A DNA stretch of 64,000 nucleotides from Eledone cirrhosa. Its lineage: Eukaryota. This document shows positions 12,868 to 26,991 of the stretch, piece after piece; position 1 is the stretch's first letter; every line of letters begins with the position of its first letter. The position numbers and the translations under genes were made by a program. The notes beneath the pieces were generated by a model that saw only the letters and a list, made by a program, of their open reading frames with translations, was not told the DNA's origin and did not search any database. The DNA lies in the NCBI GenBank assembly GCA_964016885.1, contig OZ024743.1, forward strand, positions 114,328,001 to 114,392,000. The letters run 5' to 3'.

Positions 12868-14116
12868 TCTTTTGACTATATTGATCTGGTTGTATTTCCA
12901 AAATATAATCCTTTAGTATTTTAAATTTATATTGGTATAATTATATTTCCAAAGTATAATCCTTAGTAATATATTGATATTTGATTATCTCTATACAAAA
13001 GTATATGTGTGTATTAACATGCATATAAAAGTGTTATAGGTTTTTTATGATTGTACATATGTCTGTATGTATACATGAGCGATGCCTGATGACGCACGCA
13101 GATATTTATTTATACATATATAGGTGTATATGTATATATGTGTGTGTATGTATATGTGTGGGTAAAAGTTATGTTGCATAACCACGCAGTTTGGATTGCA
13201 GAAATGTTAAATGCATGAATGCTAATCATATATACGAAGTCATGAATGTTAATCGTATATATGTATGTGTATGTATACTGTGAACTTCTCATAACACAAC
13301 GAATGTATAGCAATGATTAAGAGAAATCGTCTGCGCTTTATATGTCTATATTCTTGACTTGAGTAAATATAATTTCTATTTTCAGGCTGTGCGTATATAT
13401 ATATATATATATATATGTATTTGTGTGTCTTTCTCTAGAAATGTGTACATTTTGGAGATTAAACCCAAATTTTGGTATATTGATCTCAAGGTTTAAACTA
13501 AACATATAGTCATTATTAAACAATGTTTAATTTCTCATATTATCTATCTATGTCCCATTCATGAATATTAATATTTATAATTTTATTATTCATTTCATAT
13601 GAATTGTTAACTCAACTTAACATGACATGACGTAAAGTTTTCATAATCTCCCTCTCTCTCTATATAACATTTCTCTCTCTTGAGTTTTTCTATCTGTCTA
13701 TTGACTTAATATCTCTCTGTTGCTTTCCTCTGTTTTTCTTATGTCTTCCTTTTTTCTTCTTTCTTCCTTCCTCCTGTCTTTACTTATCTCTTTCTTTTTT
13801 TTTCTCCATGCATCTCTCTCTCCGATATTTCTCCACGTTTTTTCTTTCTCTCCGTCTTTTTCTTTCTCTCCGTCTTTTTCTAATTGTCCTTAACACTATG
13901 ACTTATTAAAGTTATATAAACAATTCACTATCCGGATGACTTCCCAAAACAATGGTTGCATTTTAATAGGGTACGTCAAAGATTATTTGTAAAACTGTTA
14001 TATATTGTATTTTGTCTGATGAAGGCATACCATAATTTAATTTGGTATCCCTGAAATATGTATAATGAAATAAATATGGTTTTATAAATATAGTTTCCAT
14101 TTATTAATATCGTATA
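12868..14116 (+). repeat. 3' pLTR of PLE1
   Basis: Direct repeat of 8739-9956. Confidence 0.9.
14002..14077 (+). ncRNA. Type I hammerhead ribozyme (3' pLTR of PLE1)
   Basis: Same motif as 9841-9916, with CTGATGA at 14016. Confidence 0.85.
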
Positions 14117-14136
14117 TATATATATATATATATATA

Positions 14137-14324
14137 ACGAAGGAAATGTGGCAAGGAACCAGATGGACCATAACGCACCAAAGTACTCAATACTTAGGGT
14201 AGTAGAGTGGGTAATAGGAACGAGTAGGACCCCGACGGCTGAGCTGAAGCTGTTTCGACGGCTAATTCTGTCCAGAATTAGCCGTCGAAACGGCTTGAGC
14301 TCAGCCGTCGGGGTCCTACTCGTT

Positions 14325-14330
<6 letters not shown>
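14137..14330. mobile_element. Fold-back pLTR end between (TA)n tracts, with the 3' half of an HHR
   Basis: About 55-bp inverted repeat centred on ATTCTG-TC-CAGAAT (about 14271); GAAA-CGGCTTGAGCTCAGCCG-TC; relatives near 49441 and 55856-55980. Confidence 0.7.
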
Positions 14331-14368
<38 letters not shown>

Positions 14369-15287
14369 GGATCTTTATAACAAGTACAAAGATTTTTGTG
14401 AAAAAATGACGTTAGCATAGCCTATTTTCTCCGTTTTGGATCATCAAAACATTTGTTATTAGGTTAAATAGCTCTTTCGTTAAAACTCACGTATGCTGAT
14501 TCTCGATCTCATTGGTTCAGGTCGCTTCTGTCCTTGCTAAGTAGGCTGACACTCCGACAAAGAATGACAGTCCTACTTTTATCAATAATGTCACTTTGAC
14601 GAATCAAAGAAAGGAAAAAAAAAAAGAAAAACAGACTCTTGAATATATTTTACGTGCTATTTCTAATTTCCACTTTTCTCTATAACCACTGTTTTATATA
14701 GAATCTTACTTCCATGTTCAAATATATATATTCGCTTTTGTATTTGTTGTGTAAGATTCTTGATGTGAAAGAGTAGATACAAAGGAATAATCATTGAGAA
14801 GGTCATAATATATGAAGAAAGAGCTTTGATAGATATGATAACTAAATGGATATTTGGATTGGTTACTTTACTATTAATAAAACCAAACTGAAACTCAACT
14901 GATACGTGTGCTGCTATTTGTAGCAGCCCGCCCCTAATGTATACCAATATCCATGTGTGTGTGTGTGTGTGTATATATATTCAAATTTAAAAGATATATT
15001 TAGAGAGGTATATTTCTCTCTCTGTCTCTAAATATATCTCTTAAATTTGAATTATTGATGCTTTGAACCAAGGCCCATTGAGCTTATTTATTGGGAAACA
15101 TGATCATCATACATATTAAATATGTATTGGTCTTGTGATAGACCACCAGCCATTAATTCATACCATTGTCAGAGGGAAAAGCCCCCCCCCCCCAAAAAAA
15201 AATATATATACATTTGCATACACACACACACATATACATATACTTTACACACACACATATATATATATATATTTATAACCACACACA

Positions 15288-15950
15288 ATTTGAACACATC
15301 TATGTTTATATCTGTGTTTATCTCTCTTTTATCTTCAATTATATTACACGGCTCAGAAAAACCTCTTTCTTTGAGCTATTTAATTGTAAGAGACTATTTT
15401 GAGTTTCTAACTCAATATATACCTTTGATATAGTCGGCTCCTTCAAATTATGTTGAGCTAATTTAAATGTCGTGTAAACTTGGGTGCTATTTTTAGTAGC
15501 GTACGTTTATGAGACACGCTAGGTTCTGATGCCATGTGCGTTATTTTATATTCGCACACTATTCAGTCTTATGAGATACTTAGAAGTGAAGGGATTACTA
15601 ATTTTTACACCCACTGATGAGCAAAGAATTGGTAATTTCCTTCGCTAAAATTGCGAAACAGCCAACCAAAACTTTTTGGGTGTTCAGGCAGTTGCCCAAT
15701 ATAGGTTTGTAATTATTTTTCTTGATTTATTATTTTAAATTGATTGAGTCTGTCACACCATATTGTTGATAATTAGTATTTTTTCACCCTAGCCAACTTG
15801 GTCCCTTACGATTTGAACACATATATGTTTATATCTGTGTTTATCTCTCTTTTATATTCAATTATATTGCAAGGCTCAGAAACACCTCTTTCTTTGAGCT
15901 ATTTAATTGTAAGAGACTATTTTGAGTTCCTAACTCAATACATACCTTTG
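15288..15950 (+). mobile_element. Tandem pLTR/retrozyme-like unit (period about 523 bp) with one HHR-like motif
   Basis: 15288-15430 is repeated at 15811-15950; it shares GGCTCAGAAA..TTTCTTTGAGCTATTT.ATTGTAA..TGAGTT..AACTCA with the 535-bp array. Confidence 0.7.
15607..15683 (+). ncRNA. Hammerhead-like motif (stem III degraded)
   Basis: ACACCCA-CTGATGA-GCAA...TTGC-GAAA...TGGGTGT: 7-bp stem I and 4-bp stem II. Confidence 0.6.
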
Positions 15951-16915
15951 ATATATATATATATATATAGGGATTGTAACGTCCAGTTATTGATGGTTCA
16001 CCAGATACAGATCGAACCTTGAGCTGATCAATAGCGAAACGCGCGTCACTACTCAATAAACGTAATAAAGACATAACATTTTTATTATTTTACTGACAGA
16101 TTACTCTGAAGATCTCTATCCCGGGTTGATAAAATAGCGTGTTGGAATATGTACGTATTTACACAATTGTTACTAGCATACGGGCTTTGGGTGAAACTGG
16201 CGCTGGCTTGGATAAATATAAACATTTTAGTATTTTTACAGACTGACCCGATTATCGATTGGTAAACGTTAACCGTATTGAATTTGCTGGATAAATCAAT
16301 AATTTTGATATCTTTATTGGATGATTTAATGATCGTTAGATCTCTGATAAGAGTAAAAGTTTGTTTGTCACCCTAAGAATATTTTCAATATTGCCATCTC
16401 ACTATCGATTCCGTAGAGAAATACTCTGCAACTGGTTAATACCAGTTAGTATTGTGTAGGTCAGTGTGTAGCCAATTATGCAGTATCATGCATGCGTGAA
16501 GCACCCTGGTATTGTGATTTCGTGAACCTATTAGAGTCTCTCTCTCTTTCTATATCTATATATATATACGCACACAAATACGACGGACTTCTGCGTAGTT
16601 TCCATGTACCGATTTCCAGTCACGAGGCATTGCTCAAAGTGCCATGTGGTTGGATCGAATTCAGAACCACCTGTTTCCGAAACGCAATTTTTAAGCACAT
16701 ACAGACGTGCACACACCAACACATATACACACACACACACATACATACACACACACACACAGAGTTAGTGTGTGTGTGTGAAGGAAAATTAATTGGCCCT
16801 AATTTTCTAAGTATGCCTCTTCTAATTGAAAATGGAAATTTATTTAACAGAAAGCATTAAATAGATTGAGACTTATTGAAAATACTGTACAAATATTCAC
16901 CATGCTCTCTCTCTC

Positions 16916-16979
<64 letters not shown>

Positions 16980-17292
16980 TCTATCTCTGGCTTTCTATGT
17001 ATGTTTATATGTATATATATATATATAAACGGAAAAATGAAACGAAATTTCATTTCCCACTCTTAGTACGGCTGTTACTTAAATATAAGTATGTACACGT
17101 ACATACATATATGTATACAGACGTACAGTAGTATGTATATATATATACATACATGCACACATATATATATGTACGTATGGATTCACCGAACATTTATTAT
17201 AATGCTCGGTGTGTTTGTAAACAAACATCCCGTATTAAGCCGTAGTGTCTAGCAACCATCGTTGCTCGTTTGTTCAACAGTGACAAAGGAAC

Positions 17293-17331
17293 GCTGTACT
17301 AGTTTCAAGCTTATTAGCTATCGTCAGCAAC
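17293..17331 (-). ncRNA. Minimal type I hammerhead ribozyme
   Basis: Minus strand: GTTG-CTGACGA-TAGCTAATAAGCTT-GAAA-CTAG-TA-CAGC; stem III is the palindrome ACTAGT. Confidence 0.8.
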
Positions 17332-17391
17332 TTATACCTTCCTGCCAGATTGTTGAACGTATATACTTACCTTATACATATTAACGATTGA

Positions 17392-17430
<39 letters not shown>

Positions 17431-17474
17431 ATAAATAACAAATTAAAGTTTAAGCAAATAATCGGTGCTTATAT

Positions 17475-17554
<80 letters not shown>

Positions 17555-17647
17555 TGTACATATATACATATAAACATATATATATATATATGTTTATATA
17601 TATATATGTACAACACACACACATATATATATATATATGTTTATATG

Positions 17648-17692
<45 letters not shown>

Positions 17693-18329
17693 ATGTGCGT
17701 GCGTATATGTGTCAATGTTTTTGATAGTGTCTGTGTATCAATAATTTTAACGATATATGTAGATACACATAACACTCACACATACACACTCATCATTCAC
17801 ACACACATTTACACATATATGGGTATATGAACTCTCGTAGAAAACACATTCATCAAAATTTCATTGATTTGGAAGAGAAATCGATCGAAACTTATTAGTC
17901 GAAGAAGAGGCGGAATATTCGTGTGCATTTTCATATTCTTCTAGAAAGCATTAAAAAAAAAAATTAAAATATATTGCAACAATCTCTCGCAACTGTAATA
18001 ATGTCCGACAATTTAGAAATTCTTGATATATAAATCAGAATAAATAGATATTCTACACAATTTGATACAGGACCGAGAAAGTTATTTGCCATAAAAATCA
18101 CTGAAATAATCACATCACAAAATTGTTTGCATCTTTAAGAAAGATATGCCAAGCACACAGTATTTAACTGAGGATTTGTATAAATTATATCCTCCCCCCC
18201 CCCGGCAGTTTCTTTGTGAAAGTTAATCAAGTTTTCTCTTTTGTATTATACAAATTATATTTGCTAATCTAATAGAGGATCATCGATATCTCTTCTTTAC
18301 CAAGCCAGGAGATTCATTAGATCGGGTTA

Positions 18330-18548
18330 ATCCGAGTTTCCTCGGGGTTAAGTAATCAAGAGTACAAGATATACCTCTTGACAGGACACCAGTCTATCGC
18401 TCAGTTAACAGCAACTAGAGCTGTTGGTACTCATTAAGTTGAGTGTACTGGAGCAACGTGAAATGAAGTGTTTTGCTCAAGAACACAACGCATCACCTGG
18501 AATCGAACCCACAACATTATGATCGTAAATCTAAGACTCTAGCCACTA
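18330..18548 (-). mobile_element. Second tRNA-derived SINE family (CORE/MIR-like)
   Basis: GAAGTGTTTTGCTCAAGAACACAAC..GGAATCGAACCC is the reverse of a B-box plus CORE-like domain; weaker relatives near 3460, 7270, 16580. Confidence 0.6.
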
Positions 18549-20159
18549 GATAACCTGCCTTCACTATATTCTTCCATAATGTAATCAAATGGCTTCTGAA
18601 AATGTTTTGTGGCTTTTGCATCTTCACTGGTACCTTTAAAAAATGCTGTTAAAACTTTAGTTTTGGAAGTATTTGATAGCACACCGAGAATCTTTACTGT
18701 AAATATTATATAATTTAATTGAAGTTTGTTGAATAAAAATTTTCTCAAAATTCTAAGAATCAAGCTGCTAAGATCAAACTGCTAGAGTAATGCCTACACC
18801 AATCCATTTTATCATTCCTCCTATAGATAAACAGCACCCACTCCAGTATCAAATGCTCTTGAAGATCACGCTCATCTAGAAATGCTGATAATAAAGAACT
18901 CGACTCATTAGTTTGTGACATTAAGACGAGCGAGAATGTCAGTTTTTACTACTATATACCGTTTTGATGTTGCAAATTTTCTCATTCAAGATAATATTAA
19001 TCTTCGATGAGAAAACATTTTCTCCTCTTGGGAATTTCATGGGGGCAGAGTCCTTAGACTCGCACTGCAGAGGGACCTATTAGAGATAACCGTCTCTAAA
19101 TGATCCGGCTGGATTCCCAAGAGAAATCAACCGATTTCGTGGCTGTTATCCGACCATCTTCCAGGTGGTACACCTCTGGGTCACCTGCATGTTGGCTTTA
19201 TTCGTACAATCTGTCCAACGATTCTTTCGTTTACTGCTAATAAATTAACTTACAGCAGCGTAATGCAGCAACCTGTGGTGCAACAGAATAATGCAGCAAA
19301 CTGATGCAGCAGTTTGCTGCAGTAGTACGGTGTATCTGTGTTCTACACATCATGGTGCAATAATGAGGTGCAGTAGTATGCTGCAGCAAATAGTGGTTCT
19401 GAAGTGTGCTGTAACAAATCGGTATATTTCATTTTTATTTCTTCGAAAAATATTCGATTCTGACAGTAATTAAGTGCATACGAAAGAATAACATTCAATG
19501 TGGATACCACTAATTTTACCCAACATGAGCGATCTAAATGTTTTCAGCAAAATGCCAGCTGACAAATAATGCCGTCAAGTAGAATTATTTCTTACATCCC
19601 GTACCATTGTAAGTTTTGTACACCTGTCCAAAGAAATATTTTCCATCGTCAGTTGCATATAATACATTTGAGGCTTTTCAAACCAGATTATATTTAAGCG
19701 ATGTTTTCTCTTCACTACTTCGAAAATGTCTTCACCGTCACCATTACTTCTTTCACGCAATGCTGCTACAAAAGTTAGGTCTTCAGTGACTTCAAAATTT
19801 GAATTAATCCATTACGCTAATGAACAACAGCAACCCCGAATTGTCAAATACATCTGTTGAGAACATCTCTGTAAATCCACGCCTATAATATTCAATCTGT
19901 TTCCAATGACTTTTACTCTATGTCCGTCTTTGCAAAATTACTAATATTCTTGAGTAAATATATATTTTTTCTGGATTATTTCTCTAGCCGTTGTTATCAT
20001 ACAAGTTGTAATGAAATCACCATATAGTAAGTGGTTTTCCTCCCTTAAAAACAACAACACTTCAAGTTATTCTGAACCTAGCTTTAGTTACAGCTTCATC
20101 ATTGAAAAATAGCTATGTTAAGATACAATGTTCCAAGCCTTCACATTTTACATCACGTA

Positions 20160-20230
<71 letters not shown>

Positions 20231-20353
20231 AAAAGTTCTATTTAAATTGTTGGGATACAATAAACAAATGTTTTTATAACTGATATAAAGCACTCAACAA
20301 ATAATTGGAGGAAAAATACGATATTAACAAATGGAAACTATATTTATAAAACC

Positions 20354-20429
20354 ATATTTATTTCATTATACATATTTCAAGGACACCAAGTTAAATTATT
20401 GTGTGCTTTCATCAGATAAAATATAATAT
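20354..20429 (-). ncRNA. Type I hammerhead ribozyme (PLE2 3' pLTR)
   Basis: TATTTTAT-CTGATGA-AAGCACAC..GGTGTCCTT-GAAA-TATGTA-TA-ATGAAATA. Confidence 0.82.
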
Positions 20430-20603
20430 AGAGCAGTTTTATAAATAAATATTGACATACCCTTAAAGAATGCAACCATTACTGTTGCAAGCTTCCGGAT
20501 AGTGGAGTTATATTTATACTTATAGTATTAGGTAAGCCGTTGGGTTACGGAGAAAGAGAAGGAGAGAGAAGAGAGAGCAGAATAACAGAGAGAAAAAAGA
20601 GGG

Positions 20604-20651
<48 letters not shown>

Positions 20652-21983
20652 AAATAGAAAAAGAAAAAGAGAGAGAGAGAGGAGAAAGAGAAAGGAGAGA
20701 GAGAGTGAAAACTCCAAGTCATATCTTGTTGATTTATCTTAACATTTGAGATGAAATGAATAAATAAAATTAGAAATGTTAATAATCATGAATGGAATAT
20801 ACATATATAATATGAGAAATTTAACCATTATTTAAATATGATTAAATGTTTAGTTAATCAGTTATAATATTGAGATCAATACTTTAAAAGTTGAGATCTA
20901 TATATTAAGAAATCTATATATTATTATTAAGACTATATATTATAAGAAGAATATAACACATATACACACGCAGAAAATATATAAATATATATACACACGC
21001 ATAAAAAAATATATACATATCTAACTACGTATATAATATATACATACACAATATAAAGGATTTTTTAATTTAAGATATAGGAAACTTATAAAATCAGAGA
21101 AAGTCTTTTCAAAGCAGCGTGAAGGAAAATACGTTATTTAGTTATATAGATGTTACAAATTGTTAAGATATTAAAGGAAATTGTTTTTGTTATACACACT
21201 TTATGTTATTATACAAAATATTATATAAGTTTTATAAGATTAACCTGTTATGTAGTTATGACTGTTATTATAAGTTTATTTGTCACGAACCTTGGGATAA
21301 TCTCTATAAATAAGTGCAATCGAATTGTATGCGTATATATATATATATATACATACACAATTCACAGGTATACATATATATATATATATATGTACCCACA
21401 CGAATATGTAGATATGCATCACATACATATATACATACAAATAGACATACACGCATAAAACACATGTATATGTATATCAATACACACATATACATATACA
21501 TACGCACATATATAGAGAGAAGAATATATAAATATAGTACATAGTATAATTGAAGTACATAAAATACAAAAGAATTATATTACGATTTGGAAATATAATT
21601 ATAAGCAATATAACTTTAAAACAATATAACTTTAAAAATATTATAGAATATTTCAAGTTATAATTTTAAAATAATGATATGTTTAATAAATTTAGTATAA
21701 AAATGTCCTACGTATATTTAAATTAATTTACTTTTATATCCATAAGAAAAAGAAAAAGAAACTTTCAAAAGATAAACTTTCGAAAATAGGAGAAACTATC
21801 AAAAATTATTTCCCCTTTTAAGAGCTTTCAGTATATTTCTCTAGAAGAATTTATTATGTTTATTTATATTTAGGAAGAACAGTTTTTTTTTTACTTGAGT
21901 GTATAATCAGTAAAAAAATGAAGGAATCTAATGATTTATCGATAGGTTCAATATATTAATAGAATTAATTAATTAATTATATA

Positions 21984-23616
21984 TTACGTTTTAAATTTAT
22001 ATTTAAACGTTGAGTTCAATCTATGTCTACAGCAACTGAATAAATTGTTCCTTAGGTTCAGGGAATTTTTGGTCTTTAATATAAAGAATATTTCCTCTAT
22101 ACAAAGATCACAATTTTCTGAAGAGGAATTAAAAGGAGTAGCTTTTGAAATAATATTCCAAATCAGCGAATATTCAACATTCTTTAGTTTGAGGTCCCAT
22201 AATAAGCTAGATAGAGAAGTTGAAGATTTTTTTGTTTGGATCCGTAAAATAATTTTTATGATTATTGAAGCGGGATTTAACTCTGTGGAAGTGGATCCCA
22301 CATAATTAAATGAATTTAAATTAGTTTTTACATTACAATTATATACTATATTTTTAGCTAAGCAATTGTTATTTAACGGACAGTTAGATTTAATTATACA
22401 GTTACATTTATCAAATTGGATATTGCTTGGGTTATTAGTCGTATTTTGGTTAGGTTTTAAATTTCTATTATTAATTCTATTAATATTTTGCGCTAAGTTT
22501 TTGGTGGAAGAATAAGTTAATTTTATAGTATGTCTATTAAAAATTGAATAATATCTATGTGTTCTAGGGAAGCATTTGTCAAGAGCTTTAAAAAATAGTT
22601 TAGCAATAGGGGTTTTAATATTTAATGAGAAAGGAGTAGCGAACCATAATATGTTCCTAGTTCTACTTCTTTGTTTGTTTTCGGAATTATTGTAAGGTTT
22701 TCTATTATAGTTGTTAAAATTGTTAAAATAGTTAAAATTGTTACGATTATGGTTAGTTGTTATATTATTATTATCAATGTATTTAATTTTATTTCTATAC
22801 CCAGCTCTACCTAACGCTTCGTTGTAATAATGTGCTTTTTCGTCAAATATATTCTTATTAGCTGAAATTCTCGAAATTCGTTCCTGTACAGAGTTCACTA
22901 TAGTATTTTTAACGGATCTGGGGTGATTAGAGTTAAAATTGACGTAGTTTAAGTTCTCATTTAGTTTGTGAAATGGATAATGTAGACATGTGTTAAGGTT
23001 TAGTGTTATATCTAGAAAGTTAACTATTTTATGGTTATTCTCTATTTCTACTTTTAGATTAAGGTAATTAAAAAATTGTATAATTTGTTTTCTTTTTCTA
23101 TTTAGTTCACAGTTATTATTTTCTATAAGTAAAAGCATGTCGTCACGATATAAGCCTCCGGTTATATCAGGTATTTTCCTATGTAGAGAATTATTTATAA
23201 AGAGGCCCACAAGATCCGTTACCTGTGCCGAATCGGATGATCCCATAGTTATATAGAAGTTATTATTTCTATCTGCCTTAGTCCAGAGTTGGTTATTAAA
23301 TTATATTAATGTTTTCCGTGCCGATAATATAATGCGGATTTCATTGCTAATTAAGTGTGTATGTTTAAATGCGTAAGTTAGTGCTTTATTCAGTAGATTA
23401 GGAGTGATAGATGAGTAATAGTTAGCAATATCCAACTGAATAAACTTATTATTATAGTTATATTTAATTTCCTTAAACCAATCGATAACTTCACTAGTTC
23501 CTTTCCATAATTTTAAATAAGATAAATTCATAATTTGTGGTATTATTCTGTCTAAAATGTTTTTGCTAAGTCTGCCAAGGTCCGATTTAGATGGTGCATT
23601 AATCTGACTGGTAAAT
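21984..23616 (-). pseudogene. PLE RT/GIY-YIG, 5'-truncated, with small indels
   Basis: QLDIANYYSSI, MGSSDSAQ, GLYRDD, CNCIIKSNCPL, IVY..YVGST, CDLCIEE..CCRH. Confidence 0.92.
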
Positions 23617-23652
23617 TTTATTTATAAAATTATTTATTTATAAAACTGGTCT

Positions 23653-23728
23653 ATATTATATTTTATCCGAGGAAAGCACACCATAATTTAACTTGGTGTC
23701 CTTGAAATATGTATAATGAAATAAATAT
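23653..23728 (+). ncRNA. Hammerhead motif with mutated core (CCGAGGA) in the inverted pLTR piece of PLE2
   Basis: Same stems as 20354-20429. Confidence 0.55.
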
Positions 23729-23762
23729 GGTTTTATAAATATAGTTTCCATTCGTTAATATC

Positions 23763-23842
<80 letters not shown>

Positions 23843-23847
<5 letters not shown>

Positions 23848-24450
23848 GTTATTCCGGGTTGAATCGGAGGTAACCACAGTAAGTAAGGTACTCAATACAT
23901 TGCAGAGTATAAAAGTTTTAATATAGATGAGATTCTACAGGACTAGAACTGTTTCATTCTTTAGAAATCATCAGGAATCTGGGTATCAAAAAATAAATAT
24001 GGTATTTATAGGTCTCTACAAGTGGTAAGAGAGGGTGGGGAGTGGGATGGGTGTAGGTCATTGGTTGATAGAAAAGGGAATTCATTAGAAGCTAATTCTA
24101 CAAAGCTATAGTTTATTTTTATTAATTTTTGTTTTTAGAGTAACAAAGGCAGACAAAATTCTATAAACAGGTTCCGGATGGCATACCATTCCTTGTCATT
24201 AAGTTTCTCTTAAGCTAACAGATGTCTATAAGATCAGTGGAGGGTCAGTCATGGTAGATAGAATTAAAGGAAAGGGAGATTCTTTAAAAGCTAAATTCAT
24301 TAAGGTTCTACTAAGTGACAAAGGTTTAGAGAATTCTGTAGACAGATTCAAAATACTGAGTGCATATCTTACAATTATCTTCGAACTTCTCTTAAACTAA
24401 TCAACTATATGCCAAAAAACAACAGACACATTCACAAAAAACACACTCAC
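23843..24450 (-). mobile_element. PLE 3' tail/pLTR (probable 3' end of PLE4)
   Basis: Contains an HHR; 23914-24095 is a near-identical inverse of about 32664-32843. Confidence 0.7.
23930..23980 (-). ncRNA. Type I hammerhead ribozyme
   Basis: AGATTC-CTGATGA-TTTCTAAAGAAT-GAAA-CAGTTCTAGTCCTG-TA-GAATCT. Confidence 0.88.
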
Positions 24451-24548
24451 TCACACACTCGCGCGCAACCATAAACACACATACACATACACATATACAC
24501 ACATAAAAACACACACACATATATAAATATATTTATATACATATATAT

Positions 24549-24613
<65 letters not shown>

Positions 24614-24884
24614 CATACACACATACATATATATATACACACGCACACACACGCACATATATATACACATATATATATACACTCACACATATATACACAC
24701 AAATATACATACACACAAATATACATGTGTATACATATACATATATATACACATATATATATATATATATATACACATACATATATATATATATATATAT
24801 AAAATATAATACATATATATACACACACATATATATACATATATACATATATATATATATACATATACACACACATACACACAA

Positions 24885-24932
<48 letters not shown>

Positions 24933-24936
<4 letters not shown>

Positions 24937-25130
24937 CTCTAAAATGGGAGAAATTAGCTAAAACCCAAAGCTTTTCCAGGAGCCAAAATTTCTGCAAATT
25001 ATGTAATCTTGAGATTTATTACATAATCACACACAAGAAGAAATTGCTGAATAACAGAATTGAACGAACATTATTCTGCCGTCACAGAACTAAAACCCTT
25101 TTTTCCCACTACAAGCCGAATATTACATAA
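24933..25130 (+). pseudogene. PLE5: C-terminal end of a Naiad-like GIY-YIG ORF (absent from the ORF track); its tail runs to about 26152
   Basis: Hand translation: [65 protein letters not shown]; weak HHR-like CTGATGA-AATG..CATT-GAAA at 26001. Confidence 0.8.
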
Positions 25131-25400
25131 AAGAGGGACATCCCCCCAACTATATAAACCTCATTCTAGTTAGAAAAATATAAAAACAATCTCTTGTCAA
25201 CATATATTAATAACCTTAAATTACCACACTAATAATGGAAAGATATGCTGATGAAAATAGGTGCAAATATGCGATAATGAATGTGTCTAAAAACGTCCAT
25301 AAGTATGTATATATATGTGAAAATGTATATAAATAAGTAAATATATATATATGTTTGATGTGTATAGTAGGATGTAAGTGTATTCATGTATTAAAGTGCT

Positions 25401-25431
<31 letters not shown>

Positions 25432-26150
25432 GTGTATATATATATATGTGTATAGATGTGTATGTATATGTATATGTGTACACATAGACTAGAGTATGTA
25501 TGTATATATGTGTGTGTCTATGCGTGTGTATATAAAGATAAGTTGAGTATGAACATGTATACACATGAACGCGTATGTATGTACATGAATACATGTGTGT
25601 ATATATATATGTATGCATGTGTATATGTATGTAAGTATGAATATGTGAATGTGAGTATATGTATTTTGTAGAGGTGTGCAAATATATTTGTGTGTGAATG
25701 CGTGGGTGAAAGGATACGTACACTTGAAAGAAAAATTTAAGTCTGAATGTTAATTAAGTGCAAACATAAAACCAACCACGCATATCTTTACTATCTCTAA
25801 TCCTTCTATAAATTTAGAAAAATAACCAATAATATATTCTATAAAAATGTCAAAACAACAGATGGGAATCTAATTACTCACTGCCACCAAAAATTCGCAC
25901 TGCTATCAACAAACCACTCCTTCAACTATTCTTCTAACAACGTCACCCGTCCCTCCTAATATTCTCTATAAAAACCAAATAGGTCCTCAATAATATTATT
26001 CTGATGAAATGACAGTAAATAATAACATTGAAATATTGATTGTCTGCATAACTAAAACTTTGTAGATAGCAGCTGTTTTCAGGTTATGTAACTGTTATAG
26101 AAACACGTGTGAATAAATTCCTTTCAACTAAACTGTATCCATTCAAATCT

Positions 26151-26197
<47 letters not shown>

Positions 26198-26296
26198 AAC
26201 AAATATATACATATACAAACACACACACACACACATACATACATATATATATATACACACACACATATACACATATATAAGGAAAAAGCACCATAC

Positions 26297-26365
<69 letters not shown>

Positions 26366-26410
26366 CATACACATATATATAGAGAGAAATACACCATTCA
26401 TACATATATT

Positions 26411-26524
<114 letters not shown>

Positions 26525-26559
26525 TACATACATATATACACAAACACATACACATATAT

Positions 26560-26662
<103 letters not shown>

Positions 26663-26781
26663 CAAATATACATATACACATATATACACATACACACACA
26701 GACAATATATATATACACAAATATATACATATATACACACACACACACACACATACATACACACATACACACATACATACA

Positions 26782-26813
<32 letters not shown>

Positions 26814-26834
26814 CAAATATATATACATATATAC

Positions 26835-26881
<47 letters not shown>

Positions 26882-26991
26882 CACACACATATACATACAT
26901 ACATATACACACACATATATACACACACACACATATACACATATATACACACACACACACACACATACACATGCATATATATAAATATATA

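Larger units (their letters stand above)
7584..14116 (+). mobile_element. Penelope-like element PLE1 (Naiad-like): inverted pLTR + direct pLTR + ORF + 3' pLTR
   Basis: RT/GIY-YIG ORF 10092-12321; 8739-9956 is directly repeated at 12868-14116; 7584-8738 is an inverted copy of the pLTR; both ends abut (TA)n. Confidence 0.92.
20229..23766 (-). mobile_element. Penelope-like element PLE2 (same Naiad-like family as PLE1), 5'-truncated, with an inverted pLTR piece at its 5' end
   Basis: ORF homologous to PLE1; 3' tail 20229-21983 with HHR; 23630-23766 is a plus-strand copy of the HHR-bearing tail end. Confidence 0.9.

Noticed and set aside
14376-14458. Minus-strand TTGATGA-TCC..GGA-GAAA hammerhead-like motif
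   Set aside because: Uncompensated C3U and no clear stem III
18550-20100. Possible host exons or decayed transposase in non-repetitive DNA
   Set aside because: No recognisable protein motif or sustained frame; cannot be supported without a database search
25248-25290. CTGATGA in the PLE5 3' UTR
   Set aside because: No convincing hammerhead stems
25990-26085. HHR in the PLE5 tail (CTGATGA at 26001)
   Set aside because: Core and stem II are present but stem I does not pair convincingly; kept only as a weak note
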